Source: Octopus sinensis | Taxonomy: Eukaryota | NCBI RefSeq assembly: GCF_006345805.1 | Contig: NC_043012.1 | Coordinates: 28,520,001 to 28,584,000, forward strand | Direction of reading: 5' to 3' | Length of the DNA: 64,000 nt | In this document: positions 37,980-51,391 of the stretch, in pieces | How the letters are laid out: every line of letters begins with the position of its first letter | Numbering within the stretch: position 1 is the stretch's first letter | Notes under the pieces: model-generated | The model's input: only the letters and a program-made list of their open reading frames with translations | What the model was told of the DNA's origin: nothing | Database searches by the model: none | Made by a program: the position numbers and the translations under genes

Positions 37980-39432
37980 GAGATGAACTTATAGAGTTTT
38001 GAACATAAATGCTCAGTACTTAATATGCAAAGAGGGGAGAAAGCAGCCTGCAGAGGATTGCGGTTACCACCAGGAGAGACCATGGGGGAACCCGATGGAG
38101 TGCATATAGATATTTAGGGATTTTGGAGCTGGATGACATTCTACACAAAGAAATGAAAGTCAAGGTCAGCGAGATGTAGCAAAAAAGGTGAAGATGGTGT
38201 TGAAATCCAACCTGAATGCCAAAAAATTCGATTACTACAATGAATATCTGGACAGTTGCCGTGGTCAGATATAGTTTGTCCATTCTCAAATGGACTAAGG
38301 AGGAAATATCAACACCGAATAGAAGGACGAGAAAGTTGATGACGCTGCGTGGTGCGCAATACCCTAAAGCAAACATAAAAAGACTGTATATGAAAAGAAA
38401 GAATGGTGGCAGAGGACTAATTAGTATAAACTATTATAAGGAATGAAAGCGAACACTTGCCGAGTATTTGATGAATAGTGATGAAGACTTGCTGCAATAT
38501 ACCACGAAAGACATGGATGTAAATGCAGATGAAATGATTGGCAAGGAAGAATTTAACCAAAGAGCTGAGGAGAAAAGAAAAGAAGACCTTGAAATGAGAA
38601 TGCATGGATAATTTGAAAGAAATACACAGGTCGTTAAGGACAATACAGCATCGTGGGCATAGCTTGAGTGAAGTGATTTGAAGCGCACCACCGAAAGCCT
38701 GATTATTGCTGCACAAGACCAAGCTCTCGCTACCCATGCAGTGAAGTATAACATTTACAAAACCTCTGACACTCAGAAATGCATACTCTGTGGAAAGAGT
38801 GTGGAAAATGTGACACAGTTGGTAATTGGATGTGAGAGCCTTGCACAAAAGTGCCGCCACGATAAAGTGTGTGTTATTTTCATTGGATCTTATACCGTAA
38901 ATACCAATATGAAGTAACAGAAAACTGGTATGAGCATGCACGAAGAAAAGTTATGCAGGAGGATGGAAAAGTAACGATACTCTGGGACTATGATTTTCAG
39001 ACGGATCGTGTAATCGAACACCGTCGGCCGGATATTGTCATATTGAATAAGAGAGACAAATACTGTCAGATCATTGATGTAGCTATACCAAATGACATGA
39101 ATGTTGTGAGTAAAGAGGTTGAAAATATCACCAAGTACTCCAAATTGAAAGTGGAAATGGCAAGACTGTATGGAATGCGAGAGGATAATGTAAAAGTGGT
39201 ACCAGTGGTGATCGGAGCGTTAGGCTCAATCCCATTGAAACTTCAACATTTCTTAAGGCAAGTGGAAATCCCATGCAAAAAGCAGCCTTATTGGGCACAG
39301 CGTACATCATAAGAAAAGTATTATCTGTCTGAGGTCCTTGTGAATTGACAGATAAATAGAGACTCCGGTGCATTTTTACCTACACTGTGTTACGAATGAA
39401 TAATAATAATGATAATAATAATAATAATAGTA
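37980..39432 (+). mobile_element. R4/Dong-like LINE copy E, 5'-truncated, (TAA)n tail
   Basis: YRYLGILELD, YPKANIKRLY, ESLIIAAQDQAL, CILC, RHDKV, HRRPDIV, VVIGALG, then (AAT)n. Confidence 0.88.
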
Positions 39433-39433
39433 A

Positions 39434-39976
39434 GCCCTGATGCAGTACCAGGCAGTGTCTCTCATGGCTTCTGATCTAAACTGACTGGAAGTGTTATCAT
39501 ATACATTGTTTTGTCTTGGTATAAAAGATGGGCTACAGCAAATATTCTGCTCAATACCACAGATTTGCTTGTCAGTTGCTTGACCTTAACCAGTTGAGCA
39601 TGTCCCTTAGTGGCTGACGATATGTGCATCTCTGATCACGAGCAGAAGTAGTGGGGGAGCATCATGGTCGTGTGTTGAAAGGAATTCTTGGAGGTTTGGA
39701 TAATTCACCTCTGGAAACATGGTAGTTTCGTTCAACATCCTTAAACAACCATTATTCAGGGACCTTTTGAGCGGGATGGGTTACTCGACCAGAAGAAAAT
39801 TCTAACTGCAAGGTCATGTGCTGTTTATCTTGATATGAAATCACCATGTCGCGCACATATGGTTTTGATGCATGTGCCTAGTGTACCCTTATAAGACGGG
39901 TAGTCATGATGGGTATACTGGGCTTCATATATTTTACCCCAGTGTCACCTTGATGGCATGCACTGCTCTCTCACTC
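39434..39976 (+). mobile_element. ~540-bp non-coding element bracketed by (TAA)n
   Basis: gccctgatgcagtaccagg..cactgctctctcactc, with (AAT)n on both sides; no ORF; resembles an octopus repeat from memory only. Confidence 0.55.
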
Positions 39977-40022
<46 letters not shown>

Positions 40023-40067
40023 TATACATATATACATACATACATACATACATATATATATACATAC

Positions 40068-40098
<31 letters not shown>

Positions 40099-40135
40099 CA
40101 TATATATATACATATATATATATATATAATATATA

Positions 40136-40171
<36 letters not shown>

Positions 40172-40399
40172 TGTATGTATGTATGTATGTATGTATGTAT
40201 GTATGTGTGTATGTATGTATTATGAAGAGATAGATTAGATAGACAGATAAATAGATCGATATATGCATTCATGCGCTTCAACCGTTTGTCGGATCTGCCA
40301 AGATCTCAAACGACTGGGCGTCGTATTTGTGCTTCCTTTGAGGGTCCAAATTCGAAAAGAAAAATTTCATTTTATTTTGGAAAAATAAGTTTTAAAATG

Positions 40400-41008
40400 A
40401 ACATGATGATCGCTCTGCTCAGTGACTCAAAGGAGGAAGCCAGAGGTAGTGCTGGCACAATTGCAATACACCTCATTTCAACCCCAAAATGAAAGGAGAG
40501 GTGAACACTAACCATGTCGACCATGTTGTAGTATCCACATCCAGTGGACCATGCTATCAGGATCCACATCCAGTGGACCATGCTATTAGTATGACGGTCT
40601 TAGTAGCAGCAGCAGCAGCAGCAACAACAACAACAACAACAACACAGCGGTGGAATTTAATTCGAACGATGGAATTGACTTCCCCCAATGAAAGCGACAA
40701 TATTAGTTATCAAAAAAACTGCGATAACAACACGACCACGAACACCATCATCATCATTGTAACAACAAAAAATATGACAGAAGGACAGAACAAAAACAAC
40801 AGTAACCATTGCAACACAAATGAAATCAATAATTTCAACTTGAATAACAATATCATCAACAACAAGAATACATTCGCGGCTATTGTATATGGATGTCCTA
40901 CAAAAAGACATGTCTGGCTCAAGCGACTAAACTGATCTAACTCGAAAAGTCACGGGCTGACATAGCCATTTGCCTGCCCCGAAGTGTTGGCAGAAACACA
41001 CACACACA

Positions 41009-41066
<58 letters not shown>

Positions 41067-42310
41067 TATATATAAATGCGTTTCCGTAAACACAAAACGA
41101 CCGGAGTAAGCGAGTCAGACAGACGCGGAAGGAGCACTTAAAGGAACAATGCCCGATATATCTCGAGAGGCAAGTAATTTCCAAGCATTTCAGTGCTCTC
41201 CAAGAATGAAGCCTTGGCCGTCAAACTCTCCGTCGTTTCCTGTCGGAGCGATAAGTATGTTCTCTATCCATCATATTTAAAAAAAAGAAGGTCAGTGGGA
41301 GATATCAAGGATTCCACCTGAAGCGAATTGCATTCATTGTCATGGAAGTAACAGTCTCGTCAAAAAATAGTCGGAGATTAGTGTGGGAATGCTACTCCAC
41401 ATCAAACCAGGCACTATCCACAAGGTCCCAAATCTCATTCATCTTCTGGGGGTGGTGGAGGAACTGCATAATACAGTTGAGGGCAGAAGGCTACCATGCC
41501 ACCTACGTGGGGAGACTGACTACTTGAGAGCTTTTGTCTTCAACAGAAGACGGAGCCACTTCTTCATAACGTTGAAGTAAAAGTAATTTTTGCTATAAAT
41601 CAATACATAAAGAGTTATTAGTAATTAAAGCTTGAAAATTTTGGTAATTTTAGTCAATTGCAAGCCACGAACACATTCATGCTTTTCTCTTTTGAATTAA
41701 CATAAGCATTTATTAACATGCAAGAAAATTACCGGAGAACTTTCACGCTAAAAATAACAGCTAAATAAGATTTATTGACATGAAAGAAAATTACAGCAGA
41801 CATTGTTTACAAATAGTGACATATGCAAGACGGAGAAGTTGCTGTCTGCCAGTAGAGAGGGAAAGAGAAAGGAATGCACGGTGCTGACTAGAAAGAAAGA
41901 AAAGATAAAGGTGGGTCTGCTCTGATTGGCTGTAAACAAATGAGTTCATTACTGGGGTCTGGAACTCACGTGGGAAAAAATTTCACCTCCAGGTGGAGTT
42001 GCAGTATGGCTTAGGAAAGGCCTGGTACGGAAGATCTTCCTGGGCCCGGATGGTAAGTTAGTGATCCTGGATGTGAGCAGTAGCAAAGATACTGCTTTTA
42101 TATTAGTCGCTGTGTACGCCCCGACTGGGGTGGGTCAGCAGACGTTTTCTATCAGATGTCTTGCTTTTTAGTGCTAGTGACCGATTGGAATGCCATATCA
42201 GACTCACACCTGGATAGGATGCGGCTAACCAATAGAGGGTGTAAGTGTAAAAGCCTCACAAACCTGCTCATTGCTTCCAACTGGCTGATGGATTTCCCGA
42301 ATGCGCCAGT
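40400..42310 (+). mobile_element. Degenerate Tx1-like LINE 5' half (ORF1 and start of APE)
   Basis: N/T-rich N-terminus ending KNTFAAIV, YVLYPSYLKKR, EGRRLPCHLRGE knuckle relic, GGVAVWLRKG..DGKLVILD..LVAVYAP..DWNA. Confidence 0.7.
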
Positions 42311-42329
42311 ATGAACAGGGTCAACTGCA

Positions 42330-42540
42330 TTCCCATCAACGCTTCAAGAAAACTTAACCGAAAAGTATTACCTCGTGTTATGCAAAACATTCTATCTTCT
42401 TTCTGGCATATCGACAAAAGTAAAAACACTGAGTTGATTAGCTACGCATGGGATTTGAAGAACAACTCCACACCATATATAATCAAGTGGAAAATCGCAG
42501 ACACATCCATGACATATTTTCATGGACCTAAGAAATGAGT
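42330..42540 (+). mobile_element. PLE GIY-YIG C-terminal fragment
   Basis: NTELISYAWDLK..YIIKWKI. Confidence 0.6.
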
Positions 42541-43779
42541 AGGTGAAAGATCGCATTGTCTTTTTCAATCGAAGAAATCCACCGCACCTGTCAATTGCAT
42601 ATCTGAAATTTTCAGCAAGTACAAACATATGGACAAATTTATTTTGTTGAATTGCAGGACACCACCCTCTCCGGATTGAGCTGTTGTCTTGCAGATTCTG
42701 GGCTCCTTTCCGTTGAATCATTCTACAACAACTAGCTTTATGGTCAAAGGAAACATAACTAATTTTCTTTTTTCTTTTTTTTCCCCCGTTTTCACCCTTC
42801 CACTTTTGCATCTACCATTCACGTTCGATGTAAAAAAGGGGCATGGCTCTAGTGTAAATATCACGTGTATGTTTATTATCGACCCGGGCATTTAACCCAA
42901 TAAACATCACCTTTGATCAGATAATTTCCATTAAGAGGACAGGACAATGCAGATAGCAAGTATGGACTTATATCTAGAGGAAATTCTTCAGTAATTAAGG
43001 ACTTTCGAACTAATAAGAAAAATAAAATTGCACATAGTGAACAACAATTTCCAAAGTTCTCTGAAAGGAACTGTTAACTTTGTATGAAAGCTACTTTGAG
43101 GATCCTCCCTACCCCCCACCCGCACCCAAAATTTAGGTTTATAAACTTGATTAAAAACAAAATAATTTTAACTATTGAAAATATTTTAGATTCTATTTTG
43201 CAAATGTTTCCTTACTCAATTTAATACCGTGAACATTTACTCGTCAATAGAAAGATATTTTCTACTAAAAGGTTCAAAGACTTGAAGAATGACTTCATCC
43301 TGCACGTCAGGGATTCGTGCCTGCTTTTAAATGTTATACATGTGTCAAGAAAAACGATGTTACTCTCTTCGATGTGCTTGTGTGTGCGTATGGTGAAGTA
43401 GAATAATAAATGCATAGAGGAACATATATTCTTCATCGTTTAGATATAGAAGTTTCATATTTGTATGCAGATGTATACAGGAATAATAACCTTATTATTA
43501 TATACAACATGAATAGACATGAACTCGATAGGCTTAGGAAGGACTTTATTGCTGTCTTCTAGTTCATGGGTCTGAAGACACGAATCTTAGTACTGTTATC
43601 CGTACTAAGATATCATCTTAAATCTGCAATCCAACAGTTTTAGGCCTTATCGTAAGCCTAATGAAATGTTATTCTTCATTAATAAGTGTTGTAGTTATCC
43701 GCCCTGTATACGTACGAATTTAGTTGTAACATAAATAAGCCAATCGTTTTGACATTAGATGAAGCGACTTTTAACGATG

Positions 43780-43930
43780 TCTCTTCATGCTACAATGATG
43801 CACAAAGTAGTAGCAGATTCTCCAAGCAGATCTGCTATTTTGCGAGACCTCACAGAACTAAAACTAGAAAGATTTTGTGGTTTAAACCTACATTTTGTGT
43901 GAATGTCAGGAACAATGGCGAAAGAATTTA
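43780..43930 (+). mobile_element. PLE post-RT fragment
   Basis: KTRKILWFKPTFCVNVRNNG resembles PLE R.IIWFNPPFS.NV.TN. Confidence 0.5.
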
Positions 43931-44630
43931 TATTTAAGTATTTTACCAGGGACCGTTAAATATTATAGAATTTTTAACGGAATCTCGAAGCTTAGCAATT
44001 ATTGCTGCAAAGACTTTACCTTGTAAGTAGTGGTGACAAATCTAATGCATATAATGACGACCCTAAGTGCAATCCAAAGACCTCAGTAACTCCCTTCTTA
44101 ATGTTAATTTTCTGATCAAAGAAGTTAACAGGGTCGAAGAAATTAACTCTGGCGTCAGAGAAAACAGTTTCAAAACGCGATCGGTCTTTACCTCTTTCGT
44201 ACATTTAACACTACTTTTCCCATCATTTGAACGCTTTCTAATCGCTTCCATCCTTCCCTTATACTGATGATTATCCGTATTAGATACTTGCTTAGTTTTC
44301 TCTCATTTAATTTTCCTTTTTTATTATCCTAGTCTTTTTCTTTGTTTCAACCTCCTCTTCTCCCCTTTCTTCTTATCACTCACCCGTTTCTTGGTTTGTA
44401 TGTGTTTCTCATCTATTTTATGCATATCTTTTCGACTTCACCGCTTTTATTTTATTATTTATTTATTTTATTATATTTTTGCATTTAATTTTACTTGTTT
44501 TTATGAAATGCATTCGCTCAAGTATAAATCTTAAATTTTAATTTTTATCACTCACATGTGTGTGTGTGTGTATGCGTATGCATGTGTGCGTATGTGTGTG
44601 TATGTGTGTGTGTGTGCGTGTGTATGTGTT

Positions 44631-44778
44631 TGTGCGGTAAGAAACTTGCTTTCCAACTACATGATTTCGAGTTCAGTTCCACTGCGTGGCACCTTGGGCA
44701 AGTGTCTTTTACTATAGCCTGGGGCCGACTAAAGCCTTGTGGGGGGATTTGGCAACAGAAACAGGAAAGAACCCGTCA
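44631..44778 (+). mobile_element. SINE family A
   Basis: gtgcggtaagaaacttgctttcc..gttcagttccactgcgtggcaccttgggcaagtgtc. Confidence 0.85.
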
Positions 44779-44813
44779 AATATATATGTATATATATATA
44801 TGTATATATATAT

Positions 44814-44910
<97 letters not shown>

Positions 44911-44929
44911 ATGTGAGTCTTTGAGTCTG

Positions 44930-45141
44930 TGTTTGTGCCCCCACTACCGCTTGACAACCGGTTTTGGTATATTTGCGTCTCTGTAACTTATCGGTTCGGC
45001 AAAAGTGTTTAATAGAGTAAGTACCAGGCTTAGAATAAATACTAAAAAAATTCTTGATAGTACCAAGGTACTGCCAAGAATTTTTTTAGTATTTATTTCT
45101 GCATGGCTGCAGTCTAATGACTGAAACAAGTAAAAGATAAA

Positions 45142-45142
<1 letters not shown>
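44930..45142 (-). mobile_element. SINE family B
   Basis: Aligns with 10385-10592. Confidence 0.8.
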
Positions 45143-45184
<42 letters not shown>

Positions 45185-45204
45185 ATATATTATATATATA
45201 TATA

Positions 45205-45681
45205 TCTGTCTGTGTGTCTGTGTGTCTGTCAGGTTGTACCCTCACCCTGACCACGGCTTTCAACCGATTCTGATGAAACTTGACACACACATAGCCCAAT
45301 GTCATAATTCAAAACTAACGCAGCGAAAATTTTGAAAAGTTCCCCCAGTTCTGAAAAAAATTAATAAATTCGACATGGGGTCGAGAATCTAAGCTTTTTA
45401 TTTGCAACACATTTTCTGTTGTAGTTTTCGCAACTTGCAATCGATTTTGACCAAACTCATGGTGAAGCTTAATGTTACCTTAAGAAACTTAATTCTGTCG
45501 TTAGTTTTCCATGCAATACCTTACCATCAGAAAAAATCGATAAAATCATGCCATTTTGGGAAATCGCGTTCAAATTCCAGATGACATATTTTCGACAATA
45601 TCTTTTTTAAAATTCACAGCGAGCATCATGTCTGCTCCAGGGGCTCTTACATACCCGGGCAATGCCGGGCTATGCTGCTAG
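45205..45681 (+). mobile_element. Non-autonomous Helitron
   Basis: gtctgt repeats at 5' end; cccgggcaatgccggg hairpin + ctag|t at 3' end. Confidence 0.75.
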
Positions 45682-45907
45682 TATATATATATATATATAT
45701 ATAATTTTGTGAAATAGAAAGATGAATAATCTTGTAGTAGATTAATCAAAAGTTTAACCGATACCTTAGTAGCAAAAATCACAGCAGTAAACAGCACGGT
45801 TGGAGGTACAACCATCTGGCGTTGGTGCGGATAATTGAAATTAAAACATTATTGGTGAATTGAAGAAATGGAGCTGAACGCAGATTGAACAGAAATCGTT
45901 TTATTTC

Positions 45908-45989
45908 ATTCTACACGTGTTTCGAAAGGCACAAATTACCAAAATCCGATTGAATAATGGGACCATATTGTGTCTTTCTCTTCAGGAAT
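45908..45989 (-). ncRNA. Type I hammerhead ribozyme (family 1), sense to the PLE ORF
   Basis: attc CTGAAGA gaaag.cacaa..ttgtg.ctttc GAAA cacgtg TA gaat. Confidence 0.87.
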
Positions 45990-46591
45990 AAAAAAGGAAA
46001 TCCGTTGGAAAAACAAAAACAGAACAGAGGCGGAGCAAAAACAAATCGAACTATGCTCCTAAAAGCCCATGGCGAAACTGTTTATCAGTGTATGTTGAGA
46101 ACCGGTGGCTGAAGAATTCAACGGGTCAGGCATCGGTCAATCATGTGGGTGAGGGTGTATAGATGTTCTTTGTGACCGAGAATAAAGTTCTGACTATTTA
46201 AGGAATATTGGATGTTTTATAAGGGGCGAGAAAAAATCTACTTAGAGACGTGTGTGTGTGTATACTGTTCTATATATGTGTGTGTTGGCGTAGGGGTAGA
46301 AAACATTTTTTGTGTACGTGTGTGCGTTTGATCGTTCGGCTGTCAGTGGCTACTGCCGTGATAACCGTTGGGTGGCAGAAAGAAAAAAAAATATATATAT
46401 ATTATGTTTTATGTGTGTGTGTGTTCATCTAAGCCTGCCTTGTCAAGGAAACCCCCCGCTGTGAAAAAACCAAGCCCCGTTTGTCTTACAGGAGTAATTC
46501 CCCTTGCAGTGGTTAATCGTAGATATCTTAAAGGCTATTTCAGAATTTGTTACCAAGGGCTATGGGTGCCGGTATTATTTATAAACGCTAT

Positions 46592-49062
46592 TTAAAAGCC
46601 AGATAAGTGTAACGCCGACTGTAAGAGCCCGTTTACCATCCGGCCTCTGGCAAACAAAATATGGAAGAGTTCGGAGACACAAAGGTTGCACTGTCTTCTG
46701 CCCCTATCAAATGGGAGGGCCACCGACAAAATTGACCATTCCAGCCTATAGCTTAAGTTCGTATCCTTCAGTCGCCATATTAGCTTACTGAGTCCCGTGG
46801 TCTGGCGCTTGTTCACGTCCCGAAAAGTTGCGTAATGGTTGGAGACACGCAAAGACAATCTTGAGGATGATGCCCCTACATAAGCGAAGACATCTGAGTC
46901 CGTGTAAACCTTGCATTGGTAGACGGCGTTTTTGATCTTGGAGTTCGCCGACGTGAATCTTAATCTGCTAGGATTAGTTTCTGAAATTAGAACTGCGTTC
47001 CTGTCACTATATTCGTTCCGAGACCTGCAGCCGCTTACTACTCTATTTTCCACTACGTCACTATTAACTATAGGAATAACCCCTGATTCTCCACTATCTA
47101 TCAGAGTGCTGTCATTGCTACTGCCCGTGGTGCTGCTATTGCGGGAAATGATGCTGGGGATGCTATTGGGGCTCTCTACCCTACTCCCATTGTTACCGTC
47201 AACCACAACACCCCTATTTATAACTATACCCCTAGTGGGTACTCCCTGGCTGGAGCTGAGATTATGTGTCACTGTACTGGCTCTCATATCATTATTACTA
47301 CTATAATTATTCCTACTGAGCATTAAACCGGGAGCGGAAGAGGCTGTGCCTCCGGAAAAAGGTGATAGGGTCTTAGTAAGTAGCCTATTATTATGGGAGG
47401 CGATTATCTGGGCGAGGTTTTTAGTGTTGGAGAAAGCTATCCTAACTTTATGCGAGTTAACCGTGGAGTAATATTTGGAATTTCTGGGGAAGTTATTGGC
47501 GATGGCTTGTCTAAACATGAGGGGGAGGTTAGATCTAATCTGCTTACCAAAGGGGATTACAAACCATATATGCTTATTCCTATCAGTGTGATGGGTCGGG
47601 ACGCCAGCTCTCGCATTCGGGTGGGTGATTCTCGGATGAATAACGGGTCTTGGGTTAGTGTAAGACCTCCGGACCGATAATTATCCTTGTTCGCTAACTT
47701 AAATGCGGGAGCGACTACCCCGGCATCCGCCGCGCTCCCGTCCTTACTTAAAATGTTAATGTTATTATATACGGCCCTATCCTGATGACCGAATGATGGC
47801 ATCGGAAGGGCCGGATCAATATAAATTACCTTCTGCCTATAACCGGCCTTGGATAGTGCGGCGTTATAAAATTCCGCTTTCTGCATAAAAATATCGGCAC
47901 TGGCGGACAAGCCAGACAATCTTAGAGAGATGTTTTTAACCAAATTGTCTGTTACAGTTTTGGCATGATTTGAGAAGACACTGACATACTTCAAATTAGT
48001 GGAAGGCTTATGGTAAGGGCAGTATGAGTCGCTATTAAGGTTAAGTGTAACGTCTAGGAAATTAGCCTTGGTGAGTTCATTATCAAAAACTATACTCATG
48101 CCCATTCTATTAAAAAACCTAGCTAACCTGCTCTTAGTTTTCTGCACTATTCTGTTCGTGGTGTTTTGCAGGTAAAACAGACAATCGTCACGATACAGGC
48201 CGCCCGCGATTCCGGGAATTGGTCGGACAATTCGTAGAGAATATATATTCCGACCAAATCGGCTATCTGCGCACTATCCGAACTACCCATAGGCACATCA
48301 AATTCATTGGGAGTATCTTTACGGATCCACAACTTATTATCAAACTTAATAAACGATTTCCTGGCAACTAAAATGATATCTATCTCTTCTCTGGTGAGGC
48401 CAGCCTTGTTGTGAGCATGCCAGAGGGCCTTATTTAGCACACTAGGGTTAATCGAGGGGTAGAAGCTGGCGATATCAAACTGAATGAACCTAGTACGGTT
48501 CTTATTGGGGATGGAAGAGAACCACTTCACTACCTGCGAGGAGTTGGCCCAGAGGCTGAGCTTCAGCTTGTTTACTAAACTAGGGATATATTTATCTAAA
48601 ATGTACTTACTGATTATCCCGATATCAGATCTAGCAGGGCATATGAGTCTTAGCGCTGGGTTGGTGTGGAAGTTAGGTTTATGGTCCTTCACTATAAATC
48701 TGGGTTGCTTGGGGCTAAGCGGCTGAGTTCTCATTTGAATTCGGTGTTTAAATATTATTTCCTTAATTTCCAAGTTTACCTTCCTCAGGGTACTCCAATT
48801 GGTTTTTCTATAATTTTTCTTGATCTCTTTACCGAGTAAATCTAGGTACTGCTTAATGGGCATCTTGTATGTGTTCCTGGTCTTGTCGGACTGGACCAGG
48901 ACTCCGTCCGTTCTATTAATGTCCTTGGTAATTTTATCTAGGTATCTGAGGTGGGCATTTCTCCTGGGTGACTTCCTGAACTTAATCTTTCTAACTATGT
49001 CCCACAAGTCGCCCTCAAACTTCTTCAGTCTTCGGTTCGGTGGCGGCGTATCCAATGTTTTA
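46592..49062 (-). pseudogene. PLE polyprotein: RT, linker, GIY-YIG; two frameshifts (~48205, ~47600)
   Basis: KDHKPNF, FDIASFYPSI, PMGSSDSA, GGLYRDDC (after frameshift), FLDVTL, HIWFVIPF, AVYQC..YVG, GLSKLIWRLK, CNLC. Confidence 0.9.
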
Positions 49063-49532
49063 AAAGGCAGGCTTAGATGACAAGGCAGGCTTAGATGAAC
49101 ACACACACACATAAAACATAATATATATATATTTTTTTTCTTTCTGCCACCCAACGGTTATCACGGCAGTAGCCACTGACAGCCGAACGATCAAACGCAC
49201 ACACGTACACAAAAAATGTTTTCTACCCCTACGCCAACACACACATATATAGAACAGTATACACACACACACGTCTCTAAGTAGATTTTTTCTCGCCCCT
49301 TATAAAACATCCAATATTCCTTAAATAGTCAGAACTTTATTCTCGGTCACAAAGAACATCTATACACCCTCACCCACATGATTGACCGATGCCTGACCCG
49401 TTGAATTCTTCAGCCACCGGTTCTCAACATACACTGATAAACAGTTTCGCCATGGGCTTTTAGGAGCATAGTTCGATTTGTTTTTGCTCCGCCTCTGTTC
49501 TGTTTTTGTTTTTCCAACGGATTTCCTTTTTT

Positions 49533-49614
49533 ATTCCTGAAGAGAAAGACACAATATGGTCCCATTATTCAATCGGATTTTGGTAATTTGTGCCTTTCGA
49601 AACACGTGTAGAAT
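49533..49614 (+). ncRNA. Type I hammerhead ribozyme (family 1), inverted arm
   Basis: Same fold as 45908-45989. Confidence 0.87.
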
Positions 49615-49671
49615 GAAATAAAACGATTTCTGTTCAATCTGCGTTCAGCTCCATTTCTTCAATTCACCAAT

Positions 49672-49750
<79 letters not shown>

Positions 49751-49987
49751 TGTGTGTATGTGTGTGTGTGTATGTGTGTGTGTATATATACACATATTTG
49801 CAACATTACACCACCACAGCATCTCAGCTGTAGCACGCCACTACTAACGTTATGCATATCACAGCGTTACTAATACTGTGAACTTATAGATATCTCCTAC
49901 TCTGCACCTCTGTCAACATTGTCAAAATCACTTCCACTGCCATTACCACTACCAAAAACCACTACCCCCCATCCCCCCGCCTTCATC

Positions 49988-50019
<32 letters not shown>

Positions 50020-50328
50020 CACAACAACAACAACAACAATTATAGCAACAGATGCTTCACCCTTCCATCTCTACCACTGCAGCTATAACCACCTCCGACT
50101 GAGGTTCCAACTCGATGATCACCCTCGCCCTCTAGCTTCGACGTCATCACTGCACCACAGATGGCACTATCATATCGTGCAAATGTCGTAATGTCAAATC
50201 GGTTTCATTCTTTAGGGTTAAAAAAAATCGCTCCTCTTATTTGATGTCTCAAAAGGAATTAGAGCTGAATGACAATGTGATTTAGACATCTAAATATTAC
50301 AAACGTTGAAGAAGACATTGCCAAACAC

Positions 50329-50330
<2 letters not shown>

Positions 50331-50387
<57 letters not shown>
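50331..50387. repeat. (GA)n microsatellite
   Basis: Direct read. Confidence 0.97.
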
Positions 50388-50390
<3 letters not shown>

Positions 50391-51212
50391 AGGAGAAAAA
50401 ATCCTGCTTAGAAAATCAAATTGCGTGCCAAGTGCTGCAAAAGCATTCTCTTGGGATGACTGTTTGAATAACTTCGTAACTGACATCGTGAGTGAAAGAG
50501 AGAGTGAGAGGGAAATATATATATATATATGTGTGTGTGTGTGTACAATATGTATGCCTGTGCACGTCAATATGCATATATGTATGTGCGTGCATGATTA
50601 TGTATGTGGTCTTTGTGCTTTTCCTGTGTGCACGTCATTCTCAACAATGTTTAATTTCTACGTGATCCGGGTATATGTGTGTGTCTGAATAGCTACGTGT
50701 ATGTATGTGTGTGAATGATTGTTTATCTCAACGTTTTTTTCAGGTATCGTTTACATATGCGTGTATGAATGTATGTATGTGAGCGCAAGCATGCTTAACT
50801 GTATATATGCCCTAAGAATATCGGTGTGTGAGATAAATGGGTACCAATATGTGCGTCGAGAAATCACTGGTCTTGTGTAATTATGTGTGTGTTCATATAT
50901 TTGGCATTTATAAAGCAATGAGCAAAATATTTCATAGATTAACTGATCGGCTTGTGTGTGACGTAGAATTGTTGTTTGTCAATTTGTTGCCCCTATCAAT
51001 AAATTGTTGTATATCTATCAGAATATAAGAAGGGAAAACTTGGATTTATCCAGTTTGAAAAGGATGCATGTACTTTCGTCACTTGATAGATTGATAATAA
51101 GAGGCAACTCAAGATATTCAGTATAGTTAAAGAAATTTAAAGAACACAAAGATATTGGATAAATTTGAATACGCCTTTTGATATTTATAAGGAAACTATC
51201 AATGTATTAAAA

Positions 51213-51382
51213 TAGCGCAGGTAAGACGTTGTGTGGTAAGGAGCTTACTTCTTAACCACTTGGTTCCGGGTTAAGTCCCACTGCGTGGCACCTTGTGGGA
51301 GAAAATGTCTTCCACTATAGCCTCGGGCAGACTAAAACCTTGTGAGTGGATTTAGTTGACGGAAGCTGAAAGAAGCCTGTTG
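51213..51382 (+). mobile_element. SINE family A
   Basis: gtgtggtaaggagcttacttc..ccgggttaagtcccactgcgtggcacc..ttgtgagtggatttag. Confidence 0.85.
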
Positions 51383-51391
51383 TATATATAC

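Larger units (their letters stand above)
45700..49680 (-). mobile_element. Penelope-like element, 5'-truncated, with 3' terminal repeat and inverted 5' copy
   Basis: ~45835-46444 is the inverted repeat of ~49078-49680; RT-EN ORF between; both ends in (TA)n. Confidence 0.93.

Noticed and set aside
40489-40935. 148-aa N/T-rich ORF as a host exon
   Set aside because: Continues into Tx1 ORF1 and APE motifs, so better read as ORF1 N-terminus
43566-43625. ctgaaga followed by a 9-bp hairpin (tcttagtac/gtactaaga) as a hammerhead
   Set aside because: No GAAA or stem III after the hairpin; at best a dead relic
44262-44300. ctgatga motif as a hammerhead
   Set aside because: No GAAA and no stem I partner
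46065-46135. gaaa..ctgaaga as an antisense type II hammerhead
   Set aside because: Cleavage triplet would be GUG; stems I and II do not pair
46932-47680. Plus-strand ORFs of 124 and 95 aa
   Set aside because: Antisense shadows of the PLE ORF
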